From Naegleria gruberi (Eukaryota): DNA of 64,000 nt. The translations under genes were made by a program, and so were the position numbers. The notes beneath the pieces were generated by a model. That model saw only the letters and a program-made list of their open reading frames with translations. It did no database searches and was not told the origin of the DNA. Location: the NCBI GenBank assembly GCA_000004985.1, contig GG738888.1; one strand, written 5' to 3'. This document shows positions 20,934-31,700 of this stretch, in pieces (position 1 is the first letter of the stretch; every line of letters starts with the position of its first letter).

Positions 20934-23243
20934 ATGGAGGGAAAACAACGTTCGTTGCTGCTGGTTGGAGAGAATTGTAAGGAGGTTGTTGATGATGATG
21001 ATAAAAGAGATTCCATTGTTGTTATTAGAGGAGGAGAGGAGAATGGAAAAATAATGGGAGATGATTTGAAAGGTGTTGAAATAATGGACGCTGAAAAAAA
21101 GGATTTGGCTGCATCTGAAATAATACCCTCATCATTGGCCACAAATAACAGTATTGCTGGTGATTCATTGTCGATGATGAAGAAGGAATTGAATAGTAAT
21201 GAGGGAAATACTCAACAACAACAACAACAACTACACAAGACAATAATATTAGGAGATGATGAGGATGATTCCTCTAAAGAAGATGAGTCAGAAAATTCGA
21301 GTTTGAGAAAGTCAGATAGCTTTACACTATCCACTGGAGAAGATTTAAACACATATCCTTCTAGGTTTTCATTTGAATATCTATTAATCAAGGGAATTTT
21401 ACATCCAAAGATGGTTTCAATAACCTTATTCATTCAATATCATACGATTTTATTCTATTCATTCTATTATCAAGATTTCTACTCTACCGTAGTGCTTGCG
21501 ATTTCTTTTATTGTTGGATTTCTGGTGAATACTCGTTTTGCACTCAACTCGATATGGGCAGCTGTCAAAGTTGGATCCGATAAAGCAGGAAATGCTGAAG
21601 ATGATAAGGGAAGAATGATTTGTAATTTAATATTATTTTCTCTACGATTTTACTATTTAAGATCAATGAGAATGATGCTCATGCCAATTTATTTCATGAT
21701 TATTACGAGTAACAATAATCTTAAACGAGAGGATATGATTTGGACTCTATTTCCAACCTATTATATTTCAATGCATTTCATAGGAAATCTTGGGTATAGA
21801 TTTCTTCTATTATTGATTGGACAGAGTACAGAAGATTTTGGATTTTTCTTTTCAGAGAATATTAGTACCATGATGTGTGTTGTAATGTTTAGTTTCTATA
21901 TTACAACCATCTCAATGCACTTGAAGAATAAGGTCACTTCACTGGAACATACAGGTAGCAAACTTCAATCAGCTCTCTTGACAAAACAAACATTTTTAAG
22001 GTAGGTCTTTAATCATTCTAAATTACTATTTACTTTGAAATATAGACATATAAGTCATGAATTCAGATCTCCATGCTTGAGCTCACTTGGAAGTGTGGAA
22101 CTTTTAAGAGAAACCAATTTGACACAACAACAAACAGAGCTTGTTGATACTATTGCTTCAGCTGATGGAATTTTACTCACTCTTATTGAGGATATTTTAC
22201 TCTTGGCTACACTTGAACATGAAAAGACTGTGGGAAAGAAAGGAGCCATTGACAAGTACATTCAAGTATTCAATCTTGGAAAATGCATGAAACTATTAGA
22301 AAATATCATTAGAAGTTATTGTACACAATTTAATGTGTCTTGTAAATTAATAATTGATGAGGTTTCAAAGAACGCTTGCGTGCGAGCTAACCAATCGAGA
22401 ATTCAACAAGTGATTAGTAACTTATTAACCAATGCAGTGAAGGCCTCCCACAAGGATGGAGTTGTAGAATTTATTTGCACCTGCGAAGGTGAGCCACGCT
22501 TGATCAATGGAATTAAGGAACAGAATTTTGTTTTCAAAGTTGTGGATCATGGTGTTGGAATTGAGAAGAGCAAGCAACAAAAGATTTTCGAGCCATTCTT
22601 TCAATTGCACAATGTCAATGAATCAACAATGCCATCATCTGGATTAGGATTGAACACTGTAATGCACAATGTACGTTCAATGGGAGGAAAGATTTCTGTC
22701 GAGTCAGACCTGGGTATTGGAAGTACATTTACAATTTCTTTACCTTTAGAATTGGTAGAAGAATCTCTAGCTAGGAATGGTTCAAAAGAGGATTTGGCCA
22801 ATTCTTCCATTAATAGACAATTACAAATTCAAGCTTCATATCTGAAATTGTTTGAGCATTCTGAAAAGGATTACAAGGTCTCCTCAAATCCTAAAGCAAG
22901 AATAATTCTGGCAGAGGATAATTCTATCAATAGAAAAGTGTTGGTAAAGTTGTTGGAAAATTTAGGATATTGTTGTGATACAGTTAGGGATGGCAAAGAA
23001 CTTGTGGAAAAGGTAGATTTTATGAAGCACAAGCTTGTCATTACAGATATGAATATGCCCAACTTGAATGGGTTGGAAGCAGCCACAATATTAAGACAGA
23101 GATACAAAGATGAGCTCAAGATTATTGTTCTGACAGCAGATGTTCTGTGTGATTTTCCAACCAATGTATTTGATGCGGTCATTATGAAACCTTGCAATAA
23201 GGCAACACTTCAGCCCTATCTAGAGAAATGGGCAAAAGAATAA
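20934..23243 (+). CDS. Hybrid sensor histidine kinase (multi-TM sensor, HisKA, HATPase_c, receiver domain), 2 exons
   Basis: True ATG at 20934. Exon 1 (20934..22000) encodes a Q-rich region and ~5-6 TM helices. The 45-nt intron at 22001..22045 runs GTAGGT...ATATAG. Exon 2 (22046..23243) begins at the H-box FLRHISHEFRSP (spliced). It has an N-box NLLTNAVKAS, a G-box VVDHGVGIEKSKQQKIFEPF...GLGLN, and a receiver domain RIILAEDNSINRKVLVKLLENLGYCCD...ITDMNMPNLNGLEA...KIIVLTAD. Confidence 0.85.
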
Positions 23244-23321
23244 AAGATCTAGGTTTATTGAAATAAAGGTTTGGATCATTCATTCTTCTACAGAATGAAC
23301 ATCAGTTCACAAACATTACTT

Positions 23322-24359
23322 TCAGTTGGTTGAGTTTCTTCTATAGTTGTTTCTGTTTGTGTATTTCCTTGTGTTGGACTGCTTTCTGTTGGTGATTGAT
23401 TTTCTTCTGGAATCGTTGGTTTCTCCTCCTCTGAGGGTCCTCTTTGGTTTTTCATCTGTTTGAGTTGTTTGAGTTGTGGAGGAGTTTGGTGGAGGTCTGT
23501 ACAAAGTGGCAGATGGTCTATTATAAACTTTAGGTTTTTCAGATGATTCGTCAGAATCTGAATCTGAAGAGCTATCAGCACTTTCATTCTCTGGCGTTGG
23601 AGATCTATTATCACTGGTTGTAGGAGCGGTAGTGGTGGTATTTGTTGTCGAAGGAGCAGCCCTTCCTCTGAGTGTTCTTTTTGGTTTCTCAATTTCTGGT
23701 TGTTGTTCCACTGGTTGTTTTGCAGTTGTCTGGTTGAGTCTTTCTCTTTCCTCCCTTTCTCTTTCCTTCTCTGCTCCAGCTCCATAATTCTTACTGGCCT
23801 CGTATATTTTAGGTTGTATATTTGGATATTTGTTCTTGTGCATCTTTTTCAAATTTTCCTCACTTGCAAGTAAACTCAAATCCGTTGTCTCTATCGATTG
23901 GAGATGTAAATCTTCCATCAGTTTTAATCGATCCATTGCTACCTTTCTTTCCTTATTATCTTTACAGGCTCCAGCATTCACTCTCTTTAACAATTGCAGT
24001 GATGTGAGATAGTATCTCTCTGTTAATCTTTGATTTCTAATCGATAGTTTTGCCTTTTCTCTCAATTCCTCTTTCACTTGACTTCCAGTTTCAAATGATG
24101 TACGAGTAACTGGACCTTCCTTTACTATTGTTGCTGGTTTCTTTTCTACCGCATTGTTCAATGTTGTTGTATTTCCTCCCCTCGATACAGAAGCACTCGA
24201 AGGTCTTGGTTTTCTTGCAATGCTCTGTGCATTGTTACTATTCACTGAAGGTTTTGGTATTGTTCTTCCTTTTGGTAAGCTGGAAGGACGAGCTTGTCTT
24301 CCAGAGCCGATCGTCGATGATGATGACGATGTTGGCTTGTTAATTGTTGCTGAATTCAT
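23322..24359 (-). CDS. Low-complexity Ser/Thr/Lys-rich hypothetical protein (345 aa)
   Basis: ORF with a true ATG at 24359. The nonapeptide EKPKRTLRG is repeated, and a central LKLMEDLHLQSIETTDLSLLASEENLKKM helical segment is present. Composition bias only. The 3' end may involve splicing into the overlapping frame 23288..23785. Confidence 0.4.
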   Translation of the reverse strand: MNSATINKPTSSSSSTIGSGRQARPSSLPKGRTIPKPSVNSNNAQSIARKPRPSSASVSRGGNTTTLNNAVEKKPATIVKEGPVTRTSFETGSQVKEELREKAKLSIRNQRLTERYYLTSLQLLKRVNAGACKDNKERKVAMDRLKLMEDLHLQSIETTDLSLLASEENLKKMHKNKYPNIQPKIYEASKNYGAGAEKEREREERERLNQTTAKQPVEQQPEIEKPKRTLRGRAAPSTTNTTTTAPTTSDNRSPTPENESADSSSDSDSDESSEKPKVYNRPSATLYRPPPNSSTTQTTQTDEKPKRTLRGGETNDSRRKSITNRKQSNTRKYTNRNNYRRNSTN

Positions 24360-24728
24360 CTTATTCTCCTCAACTGTTAATATTCGCTCGCTTTTTAAAC
24401 AATTATCTATTAAAATACTAATACTACGGAATCAATGATCAAACAACACAAAGAATGGCAGCTTATGTTGTTGTGGCGTAATGAGGATTTTTTTTAAGGC
24501 TTTGATTTTTAAAAATTTACGCCTTAATTTTTGTGTAACGGTTAGGAAATTGAACTTTTGAACATACCTACACCTTATTCTTCTCGGAATTGAGAACGTC
24601 TTCATCTGTCCCACTCTTTTCAAATAAATATATAATGTTATGAATATCTTGGGTCTGTTTCAATTCTGTTGATCTTATTGGCTTGTTATTTCCTAATGAT
24701 ACTAGTTGGTACCAACATATAATATTGT

Positions 24729-27263
24729 CTATTTGAGAGAGGAGGTGGTATCGTTTGTTGAATTTGAATCCACACTAATGTATGGTTTGGTTTGATGGAG
24801 TGGAATGGCTGTATTTAGTATTGTCATATCTTGTTGTTGTGGTGGTACTGATGATGGTGATGGTTGTTGTTGTTGAATGGTATGCTGATGTTCAACAGTG
24901 GTATCATTAATGGATTTGTTATGAGATCCAACTCTTCCTAATACCTTGGAAACAAATTGATTTTCAAATTCCTTCATTCCAATATAGTGAGTTTTGTAAG
25001 TTGGTGTTTGTTTCAATCTGCTAAAGGCGTCAATCATTTGAAAAGTTACCAAACTAATAAATTTCTTCTTCCAATCCAATTTGCTTGTGATAATTCCTTG
25101 ATGACTGATTGGAACTTGAGTTATTGTCGATTCCTCAATCACCATTTCAAGTTTTTTCAAATTAGTTTCCAAACTGTCCTTCAATTTGAATGAAGTTGCC
25201 TCTGCATTTAGTATATTCTTCAAAACATAATTTGGGAATATATTTGTAATGTCCTGTTCGGTAAAGTTTGAATTCTTTGAGACAAAAATATAGACTTCCA
25301 ATAACTCGGCTCTGAATTCTGCGGCCAGAAATCTTTTCATAATATCTACACAGAGTACATCGTCCACTTTGTGAGCGAAAAAAAATTCCATTTCTGATTT
25401 CAATTGTTTCAGACCTTCAAACTCGAGGGCTGGCTGTCTAGATTCGTACCAATAAATGAGAATCAAATAACCTGGTTCAAAACAAACCAAACAAACTTCA
25501 AATAATGTTTTGGAAATACCATAAAGAGAATATCCAATAATATGAGTGGCCATCATATTCGTAACTGGTAAAAAGTACACTTCACTCATGTAACTTCCAT
25601 TAATCAAGCTCAGAGCAAAGTAAAGTATTCCAGCCAGTGCAGTAATAATAACAGCTAAAAACTCTGCATGATATTTAAAAGTATCGTCATAAACAAAATA
25701 CCACTTGACAACTTTGGTAAAACTTCCCAATTGTTTGATAATTCCTCTATTGGTCAGCAAGTATAATGTCGTAGAACTGAGACTGAGAAAAATCATTACA
25801 GCAAATGCACCTATGGTCAAATAATCTAAAATATCATTCTTTAAGGTAGTATCAGCAATACCAGAAACTAGGTAAATTAAAATAACCTCAAAACCAATTA
25901 AAAGAATGGAGCAAATAATGTAAGTGATTTTGGATGAAATAATTCTGAACCAGAACGTTTCCTTCCTCTCAGATTCATAATACTTCTTGTAGAACCATCT
26001 ACAAAGAAAGTATCTCACCGTTTGCAAGGTATACAATGAAAATACCAATACCAGGACAGCAGTCATGACAAGGTTCATATAATAATTGTCAAAGGATGCC
26101 ATCACAAAACCAAATCTCAATACACTCACCAGAAAGAATAGAACTGTTGAAAAGTAGGGCGAGAAGAATCTCGATTGAATATATCTATTCCTTCTAGCCT
26201 TGACCAGCATTACCAAAAGACCAATGCAAACAAGTGCCACAATGAAACAAGAAATACCCTTCCAAATATTGTAGAATGGTCTTGTTTGAAAAAAAGCTGC
26301 ATTACATTCCTTTTCCCATCCATGTGATTGAGTCAAGTTGAAAATTTGAACCACTTCGAATAGTTGCTCCTCCTTCAGAAATGGAGCCGTGTAAGACTCA
26401 TTTCTCGAAAATTTAACAAACTCTTGTAGTCCAGTATTTTTCTTGAACACTATTTGCACAATAGTTTTACCATTCAAACGTGGCAATAGGGTATTATCGA
26501 TGTTGAGTTTAGTTGTCAATTGAATAGGATAAAAGGAGTTCAATTGCAAGTCCTGATGGGTTAATTCACTCCTATTAGAATTGAAAATTAAATTCTCCAA
26601 TTTAGTAGCTGGTCGACGACACTCTTCAAAATGTGTCTGATTCCTGTAAATGATACACACTGAATACGAATATTCTCCAAACGTATCCAAATTCCTAGGT
26701 AAATAGCTAACATGATTGCAGAAAAAGTAATAGGGAACATTAACAAGCATGCCACTAGGAGTAGTTGTTAAAGTTTCTGAAGGTGTGACTGAAGTAAGAA
26801 ACGAAATTCCATGACAAATAATAGTCCTATCAATACTTGATGATTTTAGTTGAAATTTCATGTTACTCATCATTGATTGATTAACACCCCCTGAAAGAAT
26901 TAAATCCCATTCCACTCGTACAGGTCCAGTCACTAGACAATTATTAAATAAATTCGTAGAAATCCCAGCAGTAGCCTCCACCATCATCACATTTTCCAAC
27001 ATTAATAAATTAAATATCCAATAATAACAAATTATATTGACAATAATTCCAGATATTGCTCCTCCCTTTTGATGATGATTATATTTCCTGTTGTTCGTTA
27101 TCATTTCTCTCCGATAAAAATCATAAGAAAAACACAAGCAGTCTCTCTTTGATTTCAGCACAGTCGCCACACAATCCAAAATTGTTGTGGGTGGCCCTGT
27201 TTTTGCTTTTTCGTAGTGTGGAGCTTTTTTTTGTGTGTTTGATTTGTGGTTTTGCAAAGACAT
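24729..27263 (-). CDS. Seven-transmembrane receptor-like protein with a large N-terminal ectodomain and a C-terminal RGS-like domain
   Basis: First real ATG at 27263 (MSLQNH...); the track start at 27323 is GTG. A signal-anchor precedes a ~300 aa ectodomain, followed by seven hydrophobic helices between residues ~330 and 640. The C-terminal region FFFAHKVDDVLCVDIMKRFLAAEFRAELLEVYIFV ... FQMIDAFSRL resembles the RGS fold signature F..FL..EFS.ENL.FW. The call rests on hydropathy and weak motif resemblance. Confidence 0.5.
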   Translation of the reverse strand: MSLQNHKSNTQKKAPHYEKAKTGPPTTILDCVATVLKSKRDCLCFSYDFYRREMITNNRKYNHHQKGGAISGIIVNIICYYWIFNLLMLENVMMVEATAGISTNLFNNCLVTGPVRVEWDLILSGGVNQSMMSNMKFQLKSSSIDRTIICHGISFLTSVTPSETLTTTPSGMLVNVPYYFFCNHVSYLPRNLDTFGEYSYSVCIIYRNQTHFEECRRPATKLENLIFNSNRSELTHQDLQLNSFYPIQLTTKLNIDNTLLPRLNGKTIVQIVFKKNTGLQEFVKFSRNESYTAPFLKEEQLFEVVQIFNLTQSHGWEKECNAAFFQTRPFYNIWKGISCFIVALVCIGLLVMLVKARRNRYIQSRFFSPYFSTVLFFLVSVLRFGFVMASFDNYYMNLVMTAVLVLVFSLYTLQTVRYFLCRWFYKKYYESERKETFWFRIISSKITYIICSILLIGFEVILIYLVSGIADTTLKNDILDYLTIGAFAVMIFLSLSSTTLYLLTNRGIIKQLGSFTKVVKWYFVYDDTFKYHAEFLAVIITALAGILYFALSLINGSYMSEVYFLPVTNMMATHIIGYSLYGISKTLFEVCLVCFEPGYLILIYWYESRQPALEFEGLKQLKSEMEFFFAHKVDDVLCVDIMKRFLAAEFRAELLEVYIFVSKNSNFTEQDITNIFPNYVLKNILNAEATSFKLKDSLETNLKKLEMVIEESTITQVPISHQGIITSKLDWKKKFISLVTFQMIDAFSRLKQTPTYKTHYIGMKEFENQFVSKVLGRVGSHNKSINDTTVEHQHTIQQQQPSPSSVPPQQQDMTILNTAIPLHQTKPYISVDSNSTNDTTSSLK

Positions 27264-27390
27264 AATTGGCAGAATATCATACACGAATGGGCATGTTCCC
27301 AACCAGATATGATCATATCTCACTGTTTACATGTTTAATGGAACAAACTTGAGAATCTTGAGAATGGATTTAATTGATGTTTTATTTGAG

Positions 27391-30035
27391 TTATAAGAGA
27401 GTAGCTCTTTCACCAGAGACACGTTTGTAATTCCTTACAAACATGACAACGGTCACAATGAGTAAGGCAACTGCAAAGATTAAGAAGAGAGCACATAGGG
27501 AAATAATGATACCAAAGAAGGCCTTACCAACTTTCATATCTTCTGAAATCACACAAGTATTCTTTGAGGCATTGTAATCATAACCATCATCACAAGCGAA
27601 TGGACAATTGTTGGTAGTGGATGAGTTGGTGTAGACTGCATTTTCAGCTGGCTTATTAGTACAAGCAGTACAGGAAAGTTGACCTGGGTTATATTCACCA
27701 ATGGCACATGGAATGCAGTTCTTCTTTTCAGCAGAGAAACCAAATCCAGGATTACAGCTGGTCAAGATACAGGTTGGAACATATTTACCAGTGTTGGTAT
27801 TACAATTTTGAACACCTTGTCCATTGGTCAAGTTACATGCCTTGGTTTGCCATTTAGCACAAATATCAAAGAATTTCATAGTATCAATCCAAACCTTTGA
27901 TCTATCAACAGCACTTTCCTTAGTATAACTCAATCTGAAATCAGAACCTTCAAAGAAGAATTCCAAAGGAGTTAATTCATTTTGATTCCAAGCATAAGCT
28001 TCACGAATGGCAAATCTGAATCTTGATTGAACTGGAAGTGGCTTTGGAGTAACATCTGAATTAATGTTCAAACTCTTAATATCAGCAAGTAAATCTTCAA
28101 ATTCATAAACTTGACCACCTGGAACTTGTGCAATTTGTTGTGGTTGACCACTCAAACCACCAACGACAACAGTCTTTACCTTTTGAGATTCTTGGAGGTG
28201 ACGAGTGAACAATGCACAAGTGGAGGCACATCTACCATTTGAGAGGAGAATGAAATCATCTGGTGAGTACTTTAACAAATCTTCACCAGTGAAATAGTAA
28301 TTATCAAATGATGGTTGACAATAATTTTCCTTAAGAATGGATGAATAGAATGCTGGTTTTCCATCAGTACCTCTAATGTAACTCTTTTGATTGGTATACC
28401 AAGTTTCATCTTTGAAATTCTTTCCATCAATAGTCTTCCAAGTAGCAAAATTCCAAATAGAATCAGCATCTGGTGACAATTTGGTTCCAGCAGTTGCTAA
28501 TTGTCTTCCCAATTCTGTGGCAATCATGTCAGTTCTAGCAAAGAGAGTTTCAAAATTGCTAGAGAAGGCATTAGAGTGCAAATATTTAATGAGGGCATAA
28601 CCCAAACATTCTTCACCACCTATTTGTTATTAAATTAATCAGAATAGTATTAGTATTTGGAAATTATTTGAATAATAATGTTAAAATAGAATACATACCA
28701 CCATTGTTGGTAACATCGACAATAATACGTGGAATCTTATTGAGCTTGGCAAGATACATGGCTGTTTGGAAATCTTTAGCAAATTGAACTTCATCTTTTG
28801 GAACAAAAGATTCAACAGTAATAACACCAACCTTTCCATCAATTTGGAAATAATTAACTTGATCACCAGTGATGAGATTGACAATATTGTGAGTATCCTT
28901 GGTTGCTTTAGACAAAAGTGGAAGAGTTCTCTTTTCTTGGAGAGGATCGACCTTCTTTTCCTCATTGGTCAATCTAGCTCTATTAGCAGTAGCAAGACAT
29001 GAGGCATAGAAATCGTTTGGTGATTGATAATTAATCAATGAAGAACCAACCCAAGGAATATTAACAGTACTAGTAGTTCCATCAGTAGCCAAAATTTCAT
29101 AGGAAACAATTTCACCATTAACTGGGAATCCGAGTCTATTCAAAGATCTAGTCATGAACAAGTTAGAGATGGCAACATTGAAACGAGCTCCTTCATCCTT
29201 GTAACCACCAGCATTAGCATTAGCCCAATCGACAATATGTCTAATAGCAACCTTTCCATGAATTTTGGTAATTTCACCTCCAACAAACTTTTTCAAATCA
29301 TATCCCAAACCAGTATAATAATCAATAATTCCAGAAGCATTATTGAGAGAGGCAATTCCAATCTTTTGAACATTATCAGCATCATCGAGATAGGAAATGA
29401 TAGAGAATGGTTGTCTCAATACTAAATTTCCATAACATTGAGGAGCAAAATATAAAGTATGTCCATCATTGAGTTGTCTGAAGAGAGCAACAATTGATTG
29501 ATGGAAATCAAAATCATATTCAAAGGTTTCTTGGGAAATCTTTTCCAATTCAGCCAAAAGATCAACTCTAATATTGAAACGTGGATCGGTAGCATTCTTT
29601 ACATATTCACGAAAGACGTACATTGGAATTGTCTTTTGAATACTAGAAAGTGTTTGTTTAGAAATTTCGGAATCCAATGTAATGTTATAAACACATGATT
29701 TAATCGAGTCGTATGAAATAGGAGTATCTATTCAATCAATAGTATTATTAATGATGATGATCCATGTTTAAATTCCAAGTTGATGATGATGAAATTTACA
29801 ATATAAAATAATTCCAACGTCATCATGATGACGATTTAATAAAAACAATTTTAAATTCCAAATTTAATTAATAGGTAATGATGAGTTATCCACTTTGAAT
29901 TTTCATCAATTTTTAAGAATACCTACTTGGTGTAAATTGACAAACATTTTGAGCCTCCGAGAAACCACACAGCACAAGGCAGCTAGTGGCAACGACCACA
30001 AGCATCAACGTGGACAGCAAGTGAGAGGACATTCT
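27391..30035 (-). CDS. S41-family (tail-specific/C-terminal processing peptidase-like) secreted protease with a C-terminal Cys-rich region and TM anchor, 3 exons
   Basis: Exon 1 is 29927..30035: ATG and the signal peptide MNSRMSSHLLSTLMLVVVATSCLVLC. Intron 1 is 29728..29926 (GTAGGT...GAATAG, 199 nt). Exon 2 is 28699..29727 and ends in the ...IPRIIVDVTNNGG S41 motif. Intron 2 is 28620..28698 (GTATGT...AAATAG, 79 nt). Exon 3 is 27391..28619 (GGEECLGYALIKYL...), ending with a Cys-rich region and the TM helix FFGIIISLCALFLIFAVALLIVTVVMFV. The join restores DVTNNGGGGEE. Confidence 0.75.
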
Positions 30036-30199
30036 AGAGTTCATTATTTTTTTTAAAGTCGAAAAAAGCAATTCACACAAAATCACTGCAGTAATAACGT
30101 TTTGCAGTTTTGGGAAGTATCATGCAAAACTAAAATTGTACAACTCCGAGAAGGAGATTTTTCGGAGTTCATTGTTGAGATATTGGAAGCGCAACTAAT

Positions 30200-31546
30200 T
30201 TATTGTTGTTGACTATATCGTTCTTCCAAAGTTTCCAAAACTGAGATGATTGTCACGAGACCTTGAATAAAGTTGGTGTCGTAAACTGGTTGATGGAGGA
30301 GGTTTTGGTGAACGTGGGAAAAATCAATAATTTTCATTGAAAAGTTCTTGTTTCTATCGTAAACAATTAAAAGTGAGCTAGCATACATTCTAAATTTGTC
30401 GTTTTTCTCTGTGAATAAATGGTGAATCTTTCTTACTTCTTTCAGTAAAAGATTAGTGACGTGTCTTCCTACACTAACACGAGTTTCTTCATCAAACCCA
30501 TTACTAAATAAGAAAGTTTCCATTGCTTCAACAATAGTATCAGGGGTGACACTTCTTCCCCACTGTCTATCAAAATATTGATATTCCTTTTTTACAATGT
30601 CATAGATTTTAGCTCCACTAATTCTCATTCCTAGTTGGTGTTGATAGACGTACTTGGATTCTTCTTCCAAAATCTTTTGTGGTGAGGCATCTTCGCCATA
30701 GGTTCTTTGACCCATTTTAATGTCCATCACATTTGGATGATCCATATTAGCTGTAATATCCTCTAATACTATAAAATCGATTGGTTTGAAAGTTTGTTGT
30801 GAAGGAAGTGTTGGTGTATTGGCAGGTGACACTGATGATGAGGACACTTCCGATGAAGATTGACTATTCAAATCACTATTAGTACTAACACCTGCTTGTT
30901 GTAAATATAAAGTATCCATCACTGAGCTGTTTGATGTAATATCAGGTATTTCTCCTTCTTCCAAAGGTACAAAAGTTCTTTGCACTCCATAATATTTCGG
31001 AATGAAAGGAAGAAGATAGGCTGCCAATTTAACTTGATTCTCATAGAAATGAACCTCTGACCACGATCTCTTCTTTCCTGGTTGTATTGCCTTGTATATT
31101 TTACAATCCCTGACCATCAATGAAAGTTCCTTTTTTTTCTTTCTCGTTCCATGCCCAGCCACTTGATTCATACAAGCCTCCAAACAATTTATATCAATAG
31201 GTGTAATCTTCAACTCTCCATAATCTGTTTTTTCAATATAGTACTGTTCTTGTTGATCAGCAACTAATGATGAGGATGACTCTCCACTGACGGCGGACAT
31301 TTTTCGCTTTTTTTTTCTTCTTCGTTTTTTCAATTGTTTTGTATTGATGTTGTCTTGTTGTTGTTGTATTGTTGGTGATGATAATGATGATGGAAAAGAA
31401 TCTTCATCTGGTGTTGAGCAGTATTCTTCTTCTCCTTCATCATCATCATTCGTTGGTGCATTAAAGATATTGTTATTATTAACGATCATTTGAAGATTGA
31501 ATTGGTTGCTGTTATCGGAATACAGATGAGTTTTAAAAGTTTTCAT
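30200..31546 (-). CDS. Inositol polyphosphate kinase (IPK superfamily, IP6K/IPMK-like), 448 aa
   Basis: True ATG at 31546. It carries the IPK signature PNVMDIKMGQRTYGEDAS (PxxxDxKxG), SSLLIVYD (SSLL motif) and IDFSH (catalytic IDF). An N-terminal basic NLS-like KKRRRKKKRK is present. Confidence 0.85.
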   Translation of the reverse strand: MKTFKTHLYSDNSNQFNLQMIVNNNNIFNAPTNDDDEGEEEYCSTPDEDSFPSSLSSPTIQQQQDNINTKQLKKRRRKKKRKMSAVSGESSSSLVADQQEQYYIEKTDYGELKITPIDINCLEACMNQVAGHGTRKKKKELSLMVRDCKIYKAIQPGKKRSWSEVHFYENQVKLAAYLLPFIPKYYGVQRTFVPLEEGEIPDITSNSSVMDTLYLQQAGVSTNSDLNSQSSSEVSSSSVSPANTPTLPSQQTFKPIDFIVLEDITANMDHPNVMDIKMGQRTYGEDASPQKILEEESKYVYQHQLGMRISGAKIYDIVKKEYQYFDRQWGRSVTPDTIVEAMETFLFSNGFDEETRVSVGRHVTNLLLKEVRKIHHLFTEKNDKFRMYASSLLIVYDRNKNFSMKIIDFSHVHQNLLHQPVYDTNFIQGLVTIISVLETLEERYSQQQ

Positions 31547-31700
31547 CAGCCATGTGATGATGAATATCTAGATCACGAAAAACTTGGGGTGATGATGAAC
31601 TTGGTTTTTTTATTAATTTAGAATTTGGAAAAAAATTGAAATTATAAAAAAATTCAAGTTTATGAGTGAATTATTATTTACTACAAGAATGGATTGTGAT

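Noticed and set aside
21600-21660. A candidate 40-nt intron (gtaatttaat...tatttaag) inside exon 1 of the histidine kinase
   Set aside because: Removing it creates an immediate in-frame stop (tat caa tga). The unspliced reading gives a plausible TM helix instead.
20934-23243. Possibility that the histidine kinase, GNAT, S41 peptidase and Sel1 genes represent bacterial contamination or an operon
   Set aside because: All have eukaryote-type spliceosomal introns or host-like codon and AT composition, are flanked by unambiguously eukaryotic genes, and have signal peptides or exons with GT-AG junctions. There are no Shine-Dalgarno sequences or operon-like packing.
23288-23785. Overlapping alternate-frame ORF (165 aa) at the 3' end of the S/T-rich gene 23322..24359
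   Set aside because: Both frames are low complexity. I found no donor/acceptor pair that joins them in phase with support from a conserved motif, so I kept the longer ATG-initiated frame and flagged the uncertainty.
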